Virus record (IMG/VR): IMGVR_UViG_3300036715_004471
Coordinates: 310,001-374,000 of that record
DNA length: 64,000 nt
Direction: 5' to 3' (one strand)
Positions 1 to 9,805 of this stretch are shown piece after piece (within the stretch, counting starts at the first letter, position 1; each line of letters opens with the position of its first letter). Below the pieces are notes generated by a model that saw only the letters and a list, made by a program, of their open reading frames with translations, did not search any database and was not told the origin of the DNA. A program made the position numbers and the translations under genes.

Positions 1-330
1 TTTGTGATCAGTATACTTCTTAATATTCAAATTCAATTGAATACGATTTGACTTATCACACAATTCCAAAACATGTAGATCTTCTATCAAAAATCTGTCT
101 ATAGAAGATCCACATAAATGGATAGAATGGTAAACTTTATTTTCATCTGCCCAAGATAAGAATTTCTTACAAAGATCATGACCCGGGTATCTAGTATGAG
201 TATCATTCTTAGAATCACTGTATAGAACACTAAATTCATAAGGAACATTAGCGTCCTTAAATTCCAATAGATCCTCAAATTTTGTTTGACGGTCTACTCC
301 AACAAATGATACTAAAACTAGATTTTTCAT
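1..330 (-). CDS. TrpF/PRAI-like TIM-barrel phage protein (5' part; runs off the window start)
   Basis: Not in ORF track. ATG at 330 overlaps the clpP stop (ATGA). Reads MKNLVLVSFVGVDRQT...EFSVLYSDS...RYPG...SIHLCG...RIQLN, the pattern of the jumbo-phage PRAI-like family. Confidence 0.55.
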   Translation of the reverse strand, partial: MKNLVLVSFVGVDRQTKFEDLLEFKDANVPYEFSVLYSDSKNDTHTRYPGHDLCKKFLSWADENKVYHSIHLCGSSIDRFLIEDLHVLELCDKSNRIQLNLNIKKYTDHK

Positions 331-911
331 AAAACCTCGTCAATTATTCCATATTCTAATGCTTGTTTGACATCCAACCAAACATCTCTTGTACAATCTT
401 GTTTAATCTTTTCTAATGGGTGACCAGTGTGTTTTGCCAACATCTTCATAATATTATCATTATTGTCTTTTAAAAATTGATAATAGTTCTTTGAATTAGT
501 CATATCATGACCGGGGATTGGGAATCCGGCTTGAATACCATGAATCATGATTTTAGAATGTTTGAAAGCACATCTTTCTCCAGGAGTGCCTGCGGCTAAA
601 ATTACTGCTGCCGCAGAATAACATTTACCCAAACAAACTGTTCTTACAGGAGATTTAATCATTTGCATGACGTCGTAAATATTGGTTAGCCCAGCAGCAT
701 CACCACCATTACAATGTAAGTAGATAGATATTTCTTCGTCAGAAACATTATCATAATACAACAATAAAGCGGCAAGATCAGAAGCAGACTGCTTAGTCAC
801 ATTCTCATTCAAAAAGATAATTCTATCCTTAGATAGTTTAATATAAGTTTCTGCATATCCAGGAAACTTAGGAGGCATTGCGTGCGCATGTTCGTTAAAA
901 TTGATTGACAT
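327..911 (-). CDS. clpP: Clp protease proteolytic subunit, catalytically intact
   Basis: DRIIFL, LHCNGG, CLGKCYSAAAVIL (Ser), MIHG (His), RDVWL (Asp), EYGIIDEV. Likely start is ATG 911 after GAAAGG rather than 953. Confidence 0.9.
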   Translation of the reverse strand: MSINFNEHAHAMPPKFPGYAETYIKLSKDRIIFLNENVTKQSASDLAALLLYYDNVSDEEISIYLHCNGGDAAGLTNIYDVMQMIKSPVRTVCLGKCYSAAAVILAAGTPGERCAFKHSKIMIHGIQAGFPIPGHDMTNSKNYYQFLKDNNDNIMKMLAKHTGHPLEKIKQDCTRDVWLDVKQALEYGIIDEVL

Positions 912-924
912 GAAACAATACCTT

Positions 925-1509
925 TCACTTATTGAAGGAAACAACTTTATCAATCAAACCATATTTGGCTGCTTGATGGCAAGTCATAAACACTCTTCTA
1001 TTAAAATCTTCTGTTACTTGTTTATAAGTCTTACCAGAAGTTTTGGCAATGATTTCCATCATTTTTTTGTTGTCTCCCATAAACTGGTCTAGAACTTTTT
1101 TGGCGTCTGTTAAATCTGAATAATTAACCCAATCGTGAGTCAATTGATTAATGGCAATTACCGAATTTTTCGTAGCAAATCTCATACCGGGAGTGCCCGC
1201 ACACAGAATGAGTGCAGCTTCATCCATCGCAGATCCAATACACACAGTTTCGATGGGTGCTTGTACTAAACACATCATGTCATAAACCATGAGGACATTT
1301 CTAATGTCACCGCCTTCTGAATTTATGAAAAGAGTTATTTTAGTATTAGGATCTTCTGCATCCTTCAAAAGCAAAGTGGCTACAATATCTGTAGCCAATT
1401 TATCATCTATCACATCACAAACAAATAATATTCTATCATTTGAAAGCTTTTGATAGATATCAATAGGGATATCCCCATGCTCCGTAGCTTCTGTTACAAG
1501 AGTATTCAA
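925..1509 (-). CDS. clpP: ClpP paralog with substituted catalytic residues (ClpR-like)
   Basis: DIYQKLSNDRILF, FINSEGG, YGLIDKV. Nucleophile region is CIGSAMDEAAL (no Ser) and AINQL replaces MIHQP. Confidence 0.85.
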   Translation of the reverse strand: MNTLVTEATEHGDIPIDIYQKLSNDRILFVCDVIDDKLATDIVATLLLKDAEDPNTKITLFINSEGGDIRNVLMVYDMMCLVQAPIETVCIGSAMDEAALILCAGTPGMRFATKNSVIAINQLTHDWVNYSDLTDAKKVLDQFMGDNKKMMEIIAKTSGKTYKQVTEDFNRRVFMTCHQAAKYGLIDKVVSFNK

Positions 1510-1511
1510 AA

Positions 1512-1865
1512 TTAAGCTCTCTTTCTTTGTTTTACTTCGGCTTCTCTTTCTTCAGCACACAAAACGCAGGTTTCAAAACAAGGATTTGTTAATAACCTTT
1601 TTTCAGGGATATCATCATCACAATCCTCGCACAAACCATAAGTATTACTTTCAATCTTCCTTAGAGCATTGTTTATTAATGCAACTTTAGCCAAGTCTCT
1701 TGACGATAATTGATTGGCTATTTCAATCAGCAAATTGCCCTGAACCTCATCGGTTTCGTCGCCATCAGTGTCTATATCTGGCAGTTGATTTGCTTTAATT
1801 AATAACTCATTCTTTTGATTTTGTAAATCGTTTTTTATTTGTTGCAAGAAATCTTTATTTTTCAT
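1512..1865 (-). CDS. dksA: DksA/TraR C4 zinc-finger protein
   Basis: Coiled coil with DETDE tip, ALRKIESNTYGLCEDC..IPEKRL..P..TCVLC. Confidence 0.85.
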   Translation of the reverse strand: MKNKDFLQQIKNDLQNQKNELLIKANQLPDIDTDGDETDEVQGNLLIEIANQLSSRDLAKVALINNALRKIESNTYGLCEDCDDDIPEKRLLTNPCFETCVLCAEEREAEVKQRKRA

Positions 1866-2232
1866 CTTTAATAAACCTCAAATCACTAATGGGTGCTGTA
1901 ATTGTTCCTTTGGGAAAAGGGACTTTTTTATCGTCTGTCCTTTTAATAAAAATCAAATATGCATGGTTGACTGGTTCTTCTAACTTGAAGGCATTAACTA
2001 GCCAATCATTATAAATTGCTTTATAAGGTGTGTTGTCAGAGAACTTCAAAACTCTTGTATTTTCTAGAATTTGTTTTCTAACTTTATGAAATGGTCCGTG
2101 AATTTCTTGAGCAAATAAATCAACTTGTTCATGAAATAACTTTCCTGCTTCTTCTGAAGAAGAGGCAGGAATTATTTTGGATACCAATTTATTATCACGA
2201 ATACTGATACATACAAAAAAGTTTACACGCAT
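1855..2232 (-). CDS. hypothetical protein
   Basis: 125-aa ORF in tightly packed operon. Confidence 0.6.
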   Translation of the reverse strand: MRVNFFVCISIRDNKLVSKIIPASSSEEAGKLFHEQVDLFAQEIHGPFHKVRKQILENTRVLKFSDNTPYKAIYNDWLVNAFKLEEPVNHAYLIFIKRTDDKKVPFPKGTITAPISDLRFIKDEK

Positions 2233-2235
2233 ATA

Positions 2236-2571
2236 TCATTCTTTCCTGAATGTTGCATCTAAATTCAAATGTTCTCTTAACTCATTTCTTAGTTTTTTGA
2301 AAAGAGAAAGTCTAAGAATTCTATGAGGAAGGGCTTGTTTAACAATACGTTCATTCACATCATGATATTTTCTAGCTGGCAGTTGTTTCAAAGAAAGTGT
2401 GCCCAAATTATGAATTTTAATATCTTTTCCAGATATCAGGTCTTTAATCATTTCTTCAAATAGAATAGTAATGATGCTAAAAACATGATAATGATGAATG
2501 CTTCTTTTAATCTTTTTGTTAACATATCTCCACAAAACCCTTTTAGTAATACTATTGGGTAATTCTTTCAT
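2236..2571 (-). CDS. HU/IHF-like DNA-binding protein
   Basis: LFEEMIKDLISGKDIKIHNLGTLSLKQLPARKYHDV matches the HU/IHF arm signature. Confidence 0.75.
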   Translation of the reverse strand: MKELPNSITKRVLWRYVNKKIKRSIHHYHVFSIITILFEEMIKDLISGKDIKIHNLGTLSLKQLPARKYHDVNERIVKQALPHRILRLSLFKKLRNELREHLNLDATFRKE

Positions 2572-4228
2572 TTGTGTGGATTAATCTTTCTATTCATCGA
2601 AATGTTTAACCTAATCAATTTAGACCATCGCTTAAGAAGTAAGTTTATTTTGAAAAGTGGTTTAGAAACCACATCGTTATTTTTTCTAGCCATTGAACTT
2701 ACCATAAATCTAGGATTTTTGCTTAACCAATTAGATGTTCTATCGCTATTTTTCATGCATTTGCCACAAGGAATGTCAAATATATTATCCGATGCAATAG
2801 TGTTTAATCTACTGTCTATCTTTTTTAATGACAAGCCACATATTGTTTTTATGCTGCCCCCGAATACATAATCAACTATATGACAATTGTTCTTTCTATC
2901 TAAACACATAATAAACATTGTTACAACCTTATAATAGAACAATAACTGTCAAATAATTCCCCAGGTGATAAAAAACAACCATCTTTTATCAGGACCTGGG
3001 CTTCAAGCAACTGTTTTATACAATAAACTAAATCAGATTTCGTAAAATCTGATTTATATAAATCGTTAATATCAATTTTACTCATCATTATTTTTGAACA
3101 AATGAAATGAGCAATATTTTGATTTTGAATTTTGTAAAGTGGAAGAAGTTTAGCTTCTTTATTTTGAGACTTAGGTGATTTTTCAAAAGTAGCTACAACA
3201 TCTAGTAGTTTGGATCGAACTACCTTAAGCTTTTCTACATCTCTAATTTGTTTGTCAATTTTGGATATTTCTTTTTTTGCAAATTCCGCAATTTCTTCCG
3301 AGGAAGAAATTCCATCTATAACGCAATTGGAAATGAATTTGCTAAGAAATTCTTGATCAACTTTCTTCCCCTTCATTTATCGCTCCGAATACTGTTGAAT
3401 GAAAATCCAATAAAGAAATCATAGATTCAAATTCTGATTTGTAATTTTCACAATTTTGAGGAAGAAGTAAATGACTTTTCATTTGTTCCATACCTGCCAA
3501 AAAAGTAGCTTCTAAATAAGTAGAACATGTCATCCAATCTTTACCATTCATACTACAAGCTATTAAAGGTTTAGAATCTTCATCCATAATGATGTACATA
3601 CCATATGTTGGAGAATCGTCTAAATGAATAATAGCACAAAATTCTCTAACTGAATTATCAATAGAGGCATCTCCAACAATAATTTTAAGCTCTTTACCCT
3701 CTATATGAAACTTACATCCCCATACATTGTTTTGAATTAGTTCGTCATCCTCAACTTGTAGTTGCAGCTTATCATTTAATAGAAATTTTCTACTGATTAA
3801 TGTTTGTGATTTCGCGTCTATAAAATCAGCAAAAATAACTTTCAAAGAAGACAATATGTGCTTAACTATTTGTTCTGTTAACAATGTATTCATTTCTTTG
3901 CCTGCTTGATGGCTTGATTTAGAATGGTTCTTAAATCAGGCATATCAAAATTCAAAGGGGGTAATTCGGCATGTGCAGCGTCTATATGCGATTCAAAATC
4001 AAAATCATCACCATCAAGGCGACGTTTAGCTAATTCTTCCATGCAAATAACTGCTATGTTTTTTTCAAAATCAAAATACCTATCACAAACAATCATTTCG
4101 CAAAGCTTGGCGGAAGAGAATTCTGGAATCTTTTTCTTAACTTGTTCTAAATCCAAAATTACATTCTTTATTTCTTCAGTATTATTTACTTCCTCTTCAA
4201 AATCAAAATCAGTTTTACTAAAACTCAT
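2568..4228 (-). CDS. four hypothetical proteins (2568-2942, 2921-3376, 3357-3893, 3890-4228)
   Basis: Contiguous overlapping ORFs; no recognisable motifs. Confidence 0.6.
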
Positions 4229-4569
4229 GTGTCCCTCAATGGTGGCGGAGTGGCTATTTTTACTTTCAAAGCAGGTAATATATGACCATCACGTCGATGA
4301 TCAAAAAAATGTAATTTCGTATCAAAAAATAGATTATTGAAATTCAACACTTTCCCCAATACTAACAAATCTCGAATACTTTGAAAAATGGCGCGGACCA
4401 CAAAACTAATTTGAGATTTATCCAACAATGGATAACGGGAATGAATTCTGTCGACAAGATCGACGTTGTTTTTCAAACTAACTGGAAGTGTTTCATTAAG
4501 ATAATCCATCATATCCGCATGAGACATCTCTTTGAAAACATACTCTTTGACAATCTTAGGTTTTTTCAT
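4225..4569 (-). CDS. divergent HU/IHF-like protein
   Basis: DLVDRIHSRYPLLDKSQISFVVRAIFQSIRDLLVLGKVLNFNNLF resembles IHF-beta N-terminal helices. Confidence 0.55.
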   Translation of the reverse strand: MKKPKIVKEYVFKEMSHADMMDYLNETLPVSLKNNVDLVDRIHSRYPLLDKSQISFVVRAIFQSIRDLLVLGKVLNFNNLFFDTKLHFFDHRRDGHILPALKVKIATPPPLRDT

Positions 4570-4878
4570 ACGACCCTCGTAGGATCTATATACCTACTCC
4601 CCCTATAATATGTCCCCCGATTTTTTGTCGAGAGCCGCCTCCGTCACGAAAAAGTAGTAATATCATGCAATTTCATTATTTTCGGATGGGATATATGATC
4701 GATCGATGGCGGGAGTATTTTTACAGAAAATTGCTAGTAGTGGATCCAATGTATAATCATTCAGAAGAGTATAACGAGGTAAGTCCTAAAGGTTTAGAAG
4801 AAACAATTTTATTATGAATTATCACTCTACTAATAAACACATATCTTTCTGAATTTACCAATAACAGGTTTGTATTAT

Positions 4879-5322
4879 ATGGATAAATGTGTAAAAGTAG
4901 CTGCATTATATGTGGCTACCTTAAAAGCAATAGCTTTGATTCATCAGCATAATCATTGGACAACCAATGGTGAAATGTTTTATGGTGAACATTTGCTTTT
5001 TGAGCGCTTATATGATGCTACATTAGAAAATTTAGATTTAGCTGCCGAGAAATTCATAGGAATTTTCGGAGACGATTGTATGAATTATGATTTTCAAGCC
5101 GAACTTCTGCATAAAGTTCTATTAAAGTATAGGAACTTGGAAGGTTCTCCAACAGAAATGTCTTTGGCAGTTGAGAAAGCTTTTTTGAACTTTTCCAAAG
5201 AAGCATACGATTGTTTCGAACAAGAGGGTAAAATGACTCTGGGATTAGATGACATGATTATGTCTATAGCCAGTAAAAGTGAGGAGTCAGTTTACTTATT
5301 AAAGCAAACATTACAGGGTTAA
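4879..5322 (+). CDS. Dps/ferritin-like protein
   Basis: HQHNHWTTNGEMFYGEHLLFERLY...DLAAEK is a Dps-type ferroxidase motif. Confidence 0.8.
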   Translation: MDKCVKVAALYVATLKAIALIHQHNHWTTNGEMFYGEHLLFERLYDATLENLDLAAEKFIGIFGDDCMNYDFQAELLHKVLLKYRNLEGSPTEMSLAVEKAFLNFSKEAYDCFEQEGKMTLGLDDMIMSIASKSEESVYLLKQTLQG

Positions 5323-5358
5323 ACCTATAAACACTCACTTATACCAAGAGGATTGCAC

Positions 5359-5700
5359 ATGTCAAAAGATAAAGAAATCATTAACAAATTATTCAAGATT
5401 GTGGCTCAACAGCAACAAATATTAACCAAATTGGCACAAGTGCCTCCGGCTTCATTGTCTCCTCAGGATACTACAAAAAAAGAAGCGCAAGTTATATTGA
5501 ATGCATTAGCACCGGCTGTTAAAGCAACTGTGGAACAATTAGTGGTAGTACCACAACGTGATGTGAACCTTGTTAAGGTTAAATTCCGCGCAAACAAAGG
5601 AACAGTCATGGCTTGGAATGCTCTAAAGCAAACTATAACTGATTTGCAAAACAAAAATGTGTTGTCAGGATCATCTTATAACATGATCGAAGTGAAATAA
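5359..5700 (+). CDS. hypothetical protein (possible virion protein)
   Basis: ATG after GAGG; N-terminus KLFKIVAQQQQILTKLAQ. Confidence 0.6.
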   Translation: MSKDKEIINKLFKIVAQQQQILTKLAQVPPASLSPQDTTKKEAQVILNALAPAVKATVEQLVVVPQRDVNLVKVKFRANKGTVMAWNALKQTITDLQNKNVLSGSSYNMIEVK

Positions 5701-6000
5701 TTATTGATATTTTTTATTGTAGAAATCAATACTACGCATTTTATGTGCAGTCATTAAAGAATCAAATACATTAATATTGTCAGTTAATGATAAATTAGTG
5801 AGTGTCAGCAAAATCTCGCCACACAAGCGAGATTTTGCTTTTTGCTTTTCTGATTCTTCTATTTCTTTAGAATCGACTAATTTGTATAGATTAATCTTCA
5901 TTGCTAACTCGTCTAATAAAGATTGTGTAGAGCCATGCAAATTAGATTCTTTATGGAATTGTTCACATAACTCCCAAAGTTCTTCAAAATGAGCAGCCAT
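5701..6000 (-). CDS. hypothetical protein, weak MazG-like resemblance
   Basis: GEILLTLTNLSLTDNINVFDSL resembles the MazG C-terminal helix pair. Confidence 0.4.
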   Translation of the reverse strand: MAAHFEELWELCEQFHKESNLHGSTQSLLDELAMKINLYKLVDSKEIEESEKQKAKSRLCGEILLTLTNLSLTDNINVFDSLMTAHKMRSIDFYNKKYQ

Positions 6001-6001
6001 A

Positions 6002-6196
6002 TCAATCGTCCAAATCTTTATTATCCATCAATGCTATTTGTAATTGTTCTTCGCCCTTATCTGCAACGAAAACCAAAAAAACGGCACCCATAGAACAATC
6101 TATCATAACAGGAGCTTTAATCTTACCAACATAGAAGGTTTGACCATCTACATCTTTTCTAGCTTTTAAATCAATAGTAACATTTTTGTTTGACAT
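6002..6196 (-). CDS. hypothetical protein
   Basis: 64 aa with GGAGA RBS. Confidence 0.6.
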   Translation of the reverse strand: MSNKNVTIDLKARKDVDGQTFYVGKIKAPVMIDCSMGAVFLVFVADKGEEQLQIALMDNKDLDD

Positions 6197-6212
6197 GATA
6201 TCTCCGTAACAA

Positions 6213-7385
6213 TTATGCGAATAATTCTCTCATTTTTTTAAATAGATTTTTATCATTTGTTTGAAATTGATAATTATCTATTTTGTTTGTATTGCCCAAT
6301 AGTATATTACTAGGCTTTACAAGATTCAAATATGTATCTTTTAATTCTGACCACAAATATTGTTTTACCCAATCTCTTCCTTTTTGAGATTGCTGCAAAT
6401 ATTGATCATAATTTTCATATACGTCCTCCATTAAATTGGATAAATCATCAGTATTACAATCGTAATAATTTCCAATAATTTTATTTCCAAAAACTTCATA
6501 TATAGCTGGGATTTTTTTATTTGATTTTAATGGAACCACATATGTGCTATCACAAATTGTTTTTTGTGACGTATTGTTAGAAACAATGCATGGCTTACCT
6601 AATGCCATAACTTCTCTAGGAGTTATAGAGAAGCCTTCTCCCATTGATGGTAATACGTAACAATCAATTTCATCCATAAATTCATTATAATCTTTTACAG
6701 AAAAAGATGATGTAGATAATTCAACATTATTTATATTTTCAGCAATAATGGCTTTTTCTACTTCAGATTTATATGGACCAAAACGACCATGTAATTTCAA
6801 TTTAAACTTATTATTATTTCCGAATTTTTTTGAAAAAGCCCGCAATAATTTAGTATGATTCTTTCTTTTCCAAAATCCCGCCGACATACCAAAAGTAAAT
6901 GGATTTCCGGGCACAGTTTTTATCGGTTTTTTTAATAAATCTTCTACATAAATTCCTAAAGGAATAACAAAAATAGGAATTTTTACACCTGAATTTATAT
7001 AGACTTGCACTAGCTGGTGGTCCGGCACTACCACTATGTCATAGTAAGAATTTAATACATTGACCCAGAGGTCAGGAATAGCATCTGATTCAAACATCGA
7101 GTATGAAATTTTCAGAGGCGAAGAAATATTTTTATGTGATGGTATACAGTTAGGGCTTAAGCCAATAATTGAAGTCCAAAAAGCAACTTTTCCAAATGTA
7201 TTAAAAGGTTTTATAAGCACTTTTAATACATTTGGAGGTACATCTTTATATATTTTTGGTTCTAATTGTAAAGCGTTAATTGTTAAATTATCAGATAAAG
7301 CGTCGATTATTCCGATGCCTTGTCTTCCGATACCATCTGCCATTAATACATTACTAATAACCGTCAAGTCAATATTTGAATTCAT
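6213..7385 (-). CDS. GT4-family (GT-B) glycosyltransferase
   Basis: KRKNH, DCYVLPSMGEGFSITPREVMALGKPCIVS. Confidence 0.85.
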   Translation of the reverse strand: MNSNIDLTVISNVLMADGIGRQGIGIIDALSDNLTINALQLEPKIYKDVPPNVLKVLIKPFNTFGKVAFWTSIIGLSPNCIPSHKNISSPLKISYSMFESDAIPDLWVNVLNSYYDIVVVPDHQLVQVYINSGVKIPIFVIPLGIYVEDLLKKPIKTVPGNPFTFGMSAGFWKRKNHTKLLRAFSKKFGNNNKFKLKLHGRFGPYKSEVEKAIIAENINNVELSTSSFSVKDYNEFMDEIDCYVLPSMGEGFSITPREVMALGKPCIVSNNTSQKTICDSTYVVPLKSNKKIPAIYEVFGNKIIGNYYDCNTDDLSNLMEDVYENYDQYLQQSQKGRDWVKQYLWSELKDTYLNLVKPSNILLGNTNKIDNYQFQTNDKNLFKKMRELFA

Positions 7386-7415
7386 AAATACTCACATCGA
7401 AATATATCGATGGTT

Positions 7416-7490
7416 TGGTATCCCTAGTAGGAATCGAACCTACCTTGCCAGATTAGGACTCTGGAGCCTCATCCACTAGGCTATAGGGAC
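7416..7490 (-). tRNA. tRNA-Arg(CCU)
   Basis: GTCCCTA/TAGGGAT acceptor, anticodon arm CCAGA-GTCCTAA-TCTGG, TTCGATT T-loop, encoded CCA. Confidence 0.9.
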
Positions 7491-7497
7491 ATTCTCA

Positions 7498-7932
7498 TCA
7501 CATAAATGCAATAAGTTTAGTAAGTCTATCTGCTAGAGCGATAGCTTGAAGATGCATATCATCGCCCGTTGACAACTGTACATATTTGATTTTTCTAATT
7601 TCTTTCCAAGTCGGCGGGATTCTCTTAGAAAATAAGCCTTCTGTTTCAAAATTTTCTATCAACTTAGTGCAAGTGAAATCATATCCACATTCACCTTCAA
7701 ATAAGATTCTTTTATTGCCTCTCATAATAATGAGACCATATTTTACACATTCCCACGGCTCAGGATCATTTGTAATAACTTGTACATATGGTCCATAATA
7801 TGGATCTTTAGCCGATCTAGCCGGACAATCTTTATAATTACTACAGTGTAAGTTCATTCTGAACTTGGTAGGAGAAATCTTATGAATTTCATCTCTATTG
7901 GTCATAAGACCTAAACATGCCGGACAATTCAT
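7498..7932 (-). CDS. Cys-rich hypothetical protein with C-terminal F-x motif
   Basis: Probable start MNCPACLG; ends RLTKLIAFM. Confidence 0.65.
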   Translation of the reverse strand: MNCPACLGLMTNRDEIHKISPTKFRMNLHCSNYKDCPARSAKDPYYGPYVQVITNDPEPWECVKYGLIIMRGNKRILFEGECGYDFTCTKLIENFETEGLFSKRIPPTWKEIRKIKYVQLSTGDDMHLQAIALADRLTKLIAFM

Positions 7933-8399
7933 TTGCTTTTTACCAAACTTTCCACATCTAATCCATATTCTGATAAATGAGAAAGATCTAACTTCCATTT
8001 TTTGTTAGATCTCTCCCGCCAAATCTTAAAAGAATCATCAATTAATTTAACCGCTTTGTCTTTACCCAAGCCATTTACACGCATAAAATGCTTCAAAGCC
8101 TTATCAAATCTGCCTTGAATTTGTGCCAAACCAATATGTTTTACCATATGACAGTTAGGGCACAGCGAAATCATGCCCTCTAACTTCTGAATTAAAGACT
8201 TATCATCATAAGTCCATATTTCATGGCATTCAACAGGATGATTGGGACCTACTTCTCCACAAATCTCACACATATAATATGCTTTTGAATAGACGGATGA
8301 CTTAATAGAGTTCCATTGTTTATCAGTAACAATAGCTCTAACGTTATTAAGCCAGGAACTTGAGGGAACCAATTCGATAGTTAAAATAACTTTTCTCAT
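7929..8399 (-). CDS. HNH endonuclease-like protein
   Basis: LTIELVP..W..NVR, CEICG, VECHEIW, LCPNCHMVKH. Confidence 0.8.
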   Translation of the reverse strand: MRKVILTIELVPSSSWLNNVRAIVTDKQWNSIKSSVYSKAYYMCEICGEVGPNHPVECHEIWTYDDKSLIQKLEGMISLCPNCHMVKHIGLAQIQGRFDKALKHFMRVNGLGKDKAVKLIDDSFKIWRERSNKKWKLDLSHLSEYGLDVESLVKSK

Positions 8400-8454
8400 G
8401 AAGCTATGATTAGTTATGCATACTATTGTAAGTTTAGTTTGATGGAGGCATTTA

Positions 8455-9198
8455 GTGTCAAAAAGAAAATGGACAAATCAAGATTTACTCGATGCGGTTA
8501 ATAGCTCTGAAAATATCACTGAAGTAATGAAAAAATTACGAATAAATCATTCTTCAAATAATGCAAATACTATAAAAAAATATATAGAAAATCTTAATTT
8601 AAGCTTAACTCATTGGAAAAATGAGTTAAAAACTACAAGGGCAGAATTTGAAACGCCAAATGAAAAAGTATTTTGTGAAAATAGTACTTTTACAAAATCC
8701 CATTTGAGAGAAAAAATAATAAAATATAATTTGATTGAATACAAATGTTCTATTTGTAATATGCTACCGGTGTGGAATGACCAAATATTAACTTTACAAG
8801 TAGATCACGTCAATGGTATTAATAATGACCACAGATTAGTTAATCTCAGATTTTTATGCCCTAATTGCCATTCACAAACTAATAATTATGCGGGAGCAAA
8901 TACTGTCAATAGAAAAAAACAAGATAAAAATAAATATATCTGCTCTAATTGTTTTAGTTACAAAAGCAAAGTTTCTAAATCTGGGCTGTGTAATAAATGT
9001 TTTTCATCAAAAGACAAATACCTTTGGCCAGAAAAAGATTTTTTTATCGAATCTCTTAAAACAAAAAGTCCATTTCAAATCGCTAAAGAACTTAAAGTAT
9101 CAGCAACATCTTTGTATAAAAGATTGAAAAAACTTAATATAAATTATGGTGGACACATCTTTAAGGAATCTGGAGATACGCCCTCACCTAAAGTATAA
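8455..9198 (+). CDS. HNH homing endonuclease
   Basis: CSIC...LTLQVDHVNGINNDHRLVNLRFLCPNCHSQT plus C-terminal HTH; antisense to neighbours. Confidence 0.9.
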   Translation: MSKRKWTNQDLLDAVNSSENITEVMKKLRINHSSNNANTIKKYIENLNLSLTHWKNELKTTRAEFETPNEKVFCENSTFTKSHLREKIIKYNLIEYKCSICNMLPVWNDQILTLQVDHVNGINNDHRLVNLRFLCPNCHSQTNNYAGANTVNRKKQDKNKYICSNCFSYKSKVSKSGLCNKCFSSKDKYLWPEKDFFIESLKTKSPFQIAKELKVSATSLYKRLKKLNINYGGHIFKESGDTPSPKV

Positions 9199-9350
9199 TC
9201 ACTGTGTCCAGTTGCAGAAATGCCGCATTTAATACATTTATAATGTACAGGACCATCATGACTATCATTTTCATAATCTATTGGTTCAAAATCATGAACA
9301 TCTAGATATTTTTGAAGACCTTTTAAACCAGGTTGTGTTGTTGTTTTCAT
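9144..9350 (-). CDS. hypothetical protein
   Basis: 68 aa with CxxC. Confidence 0.5.
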   Translation of the reverse strand: MKTTTQPGLKGLQKYLDVHDFEPIDYENDSHDGPVHYKCIKCGISATGHSDYTLGEGVSPDSLKMCPP

Positions 9351-9363
9351 AACTTACTCAAGT

Positions 9364-9540
9364 TTACTCAAGTTTACTCAGTTTGTAAATCAAAGAGTAC
9401 AACTCTTTCTGTAATTTTTCTACAGAAACAGGTGTTCCATCAGTATTTGCAATTTTTACTGTTCCGTACTTATGACGAGTTTCTAACTCATCCCTAATGA
9501 TTCTAATTCTACTTTGAATATCAGCTCTAGTTGTGATCAT
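9364..9540 (-). CDS. small hypothetical protein (58 aa, absent from ORF track)
   Basis: MITTRADIQSRIRIIRDELETRHKYGTVKIANTDGTPVSVEKLQKELYSLIYKLSKLE*; fills the gap between ORFs. Confidence 0.6.
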   Translation of the reverse strand: MITTRADIQSRIRIIRDELETRHKYGTVKIANTDGTPVSVEKLQKELYSLIYKLSKLE

Positions 9541-9553
9541 ACTGCATAATATA

Positions 9554-9805
9554 TCACTTAAGCATTTTACCTAGTAATTTCCCAAACCAAAACGGAAATT
9601 CAGAAATTAATACAAGAATCATTACAAATAAGAAAAAAGGGAACCCCGCAATAGTGCAAATGATGTTATCAATATCGATATCTTGGATTAAACCAAGATG
9701 CTGACCTTTTGATGCAAGATATCCTTTGTATATGGCTTTGATTGTAAAACCGCCAAATAATACTATCATGGCAAAAAAGAAATAAATAACAAGGGCTATT
9801 AACAT
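9554..9805 (-). CDS. small membrane protein
   Basis: Two hydrophobic segments. Confidence 0.6.
   Translation of the reverse strand: MLIALVIYFFFAMIVLFGGFTIKAIYKGYLASKGQHLGLIQDIDIDNIICTIAGFPFFLFVMILVLISEFPFWFGKLLGKMLK

Noticed and set aside
9354-9380. 10-bp tandem repeat AGTTTACTCA (about 2.7 copies)
   Set aside because: Too short, no spacers, and partly codes the end of a 58-aa ORF; a local duplication, not CRISPR or iterons.
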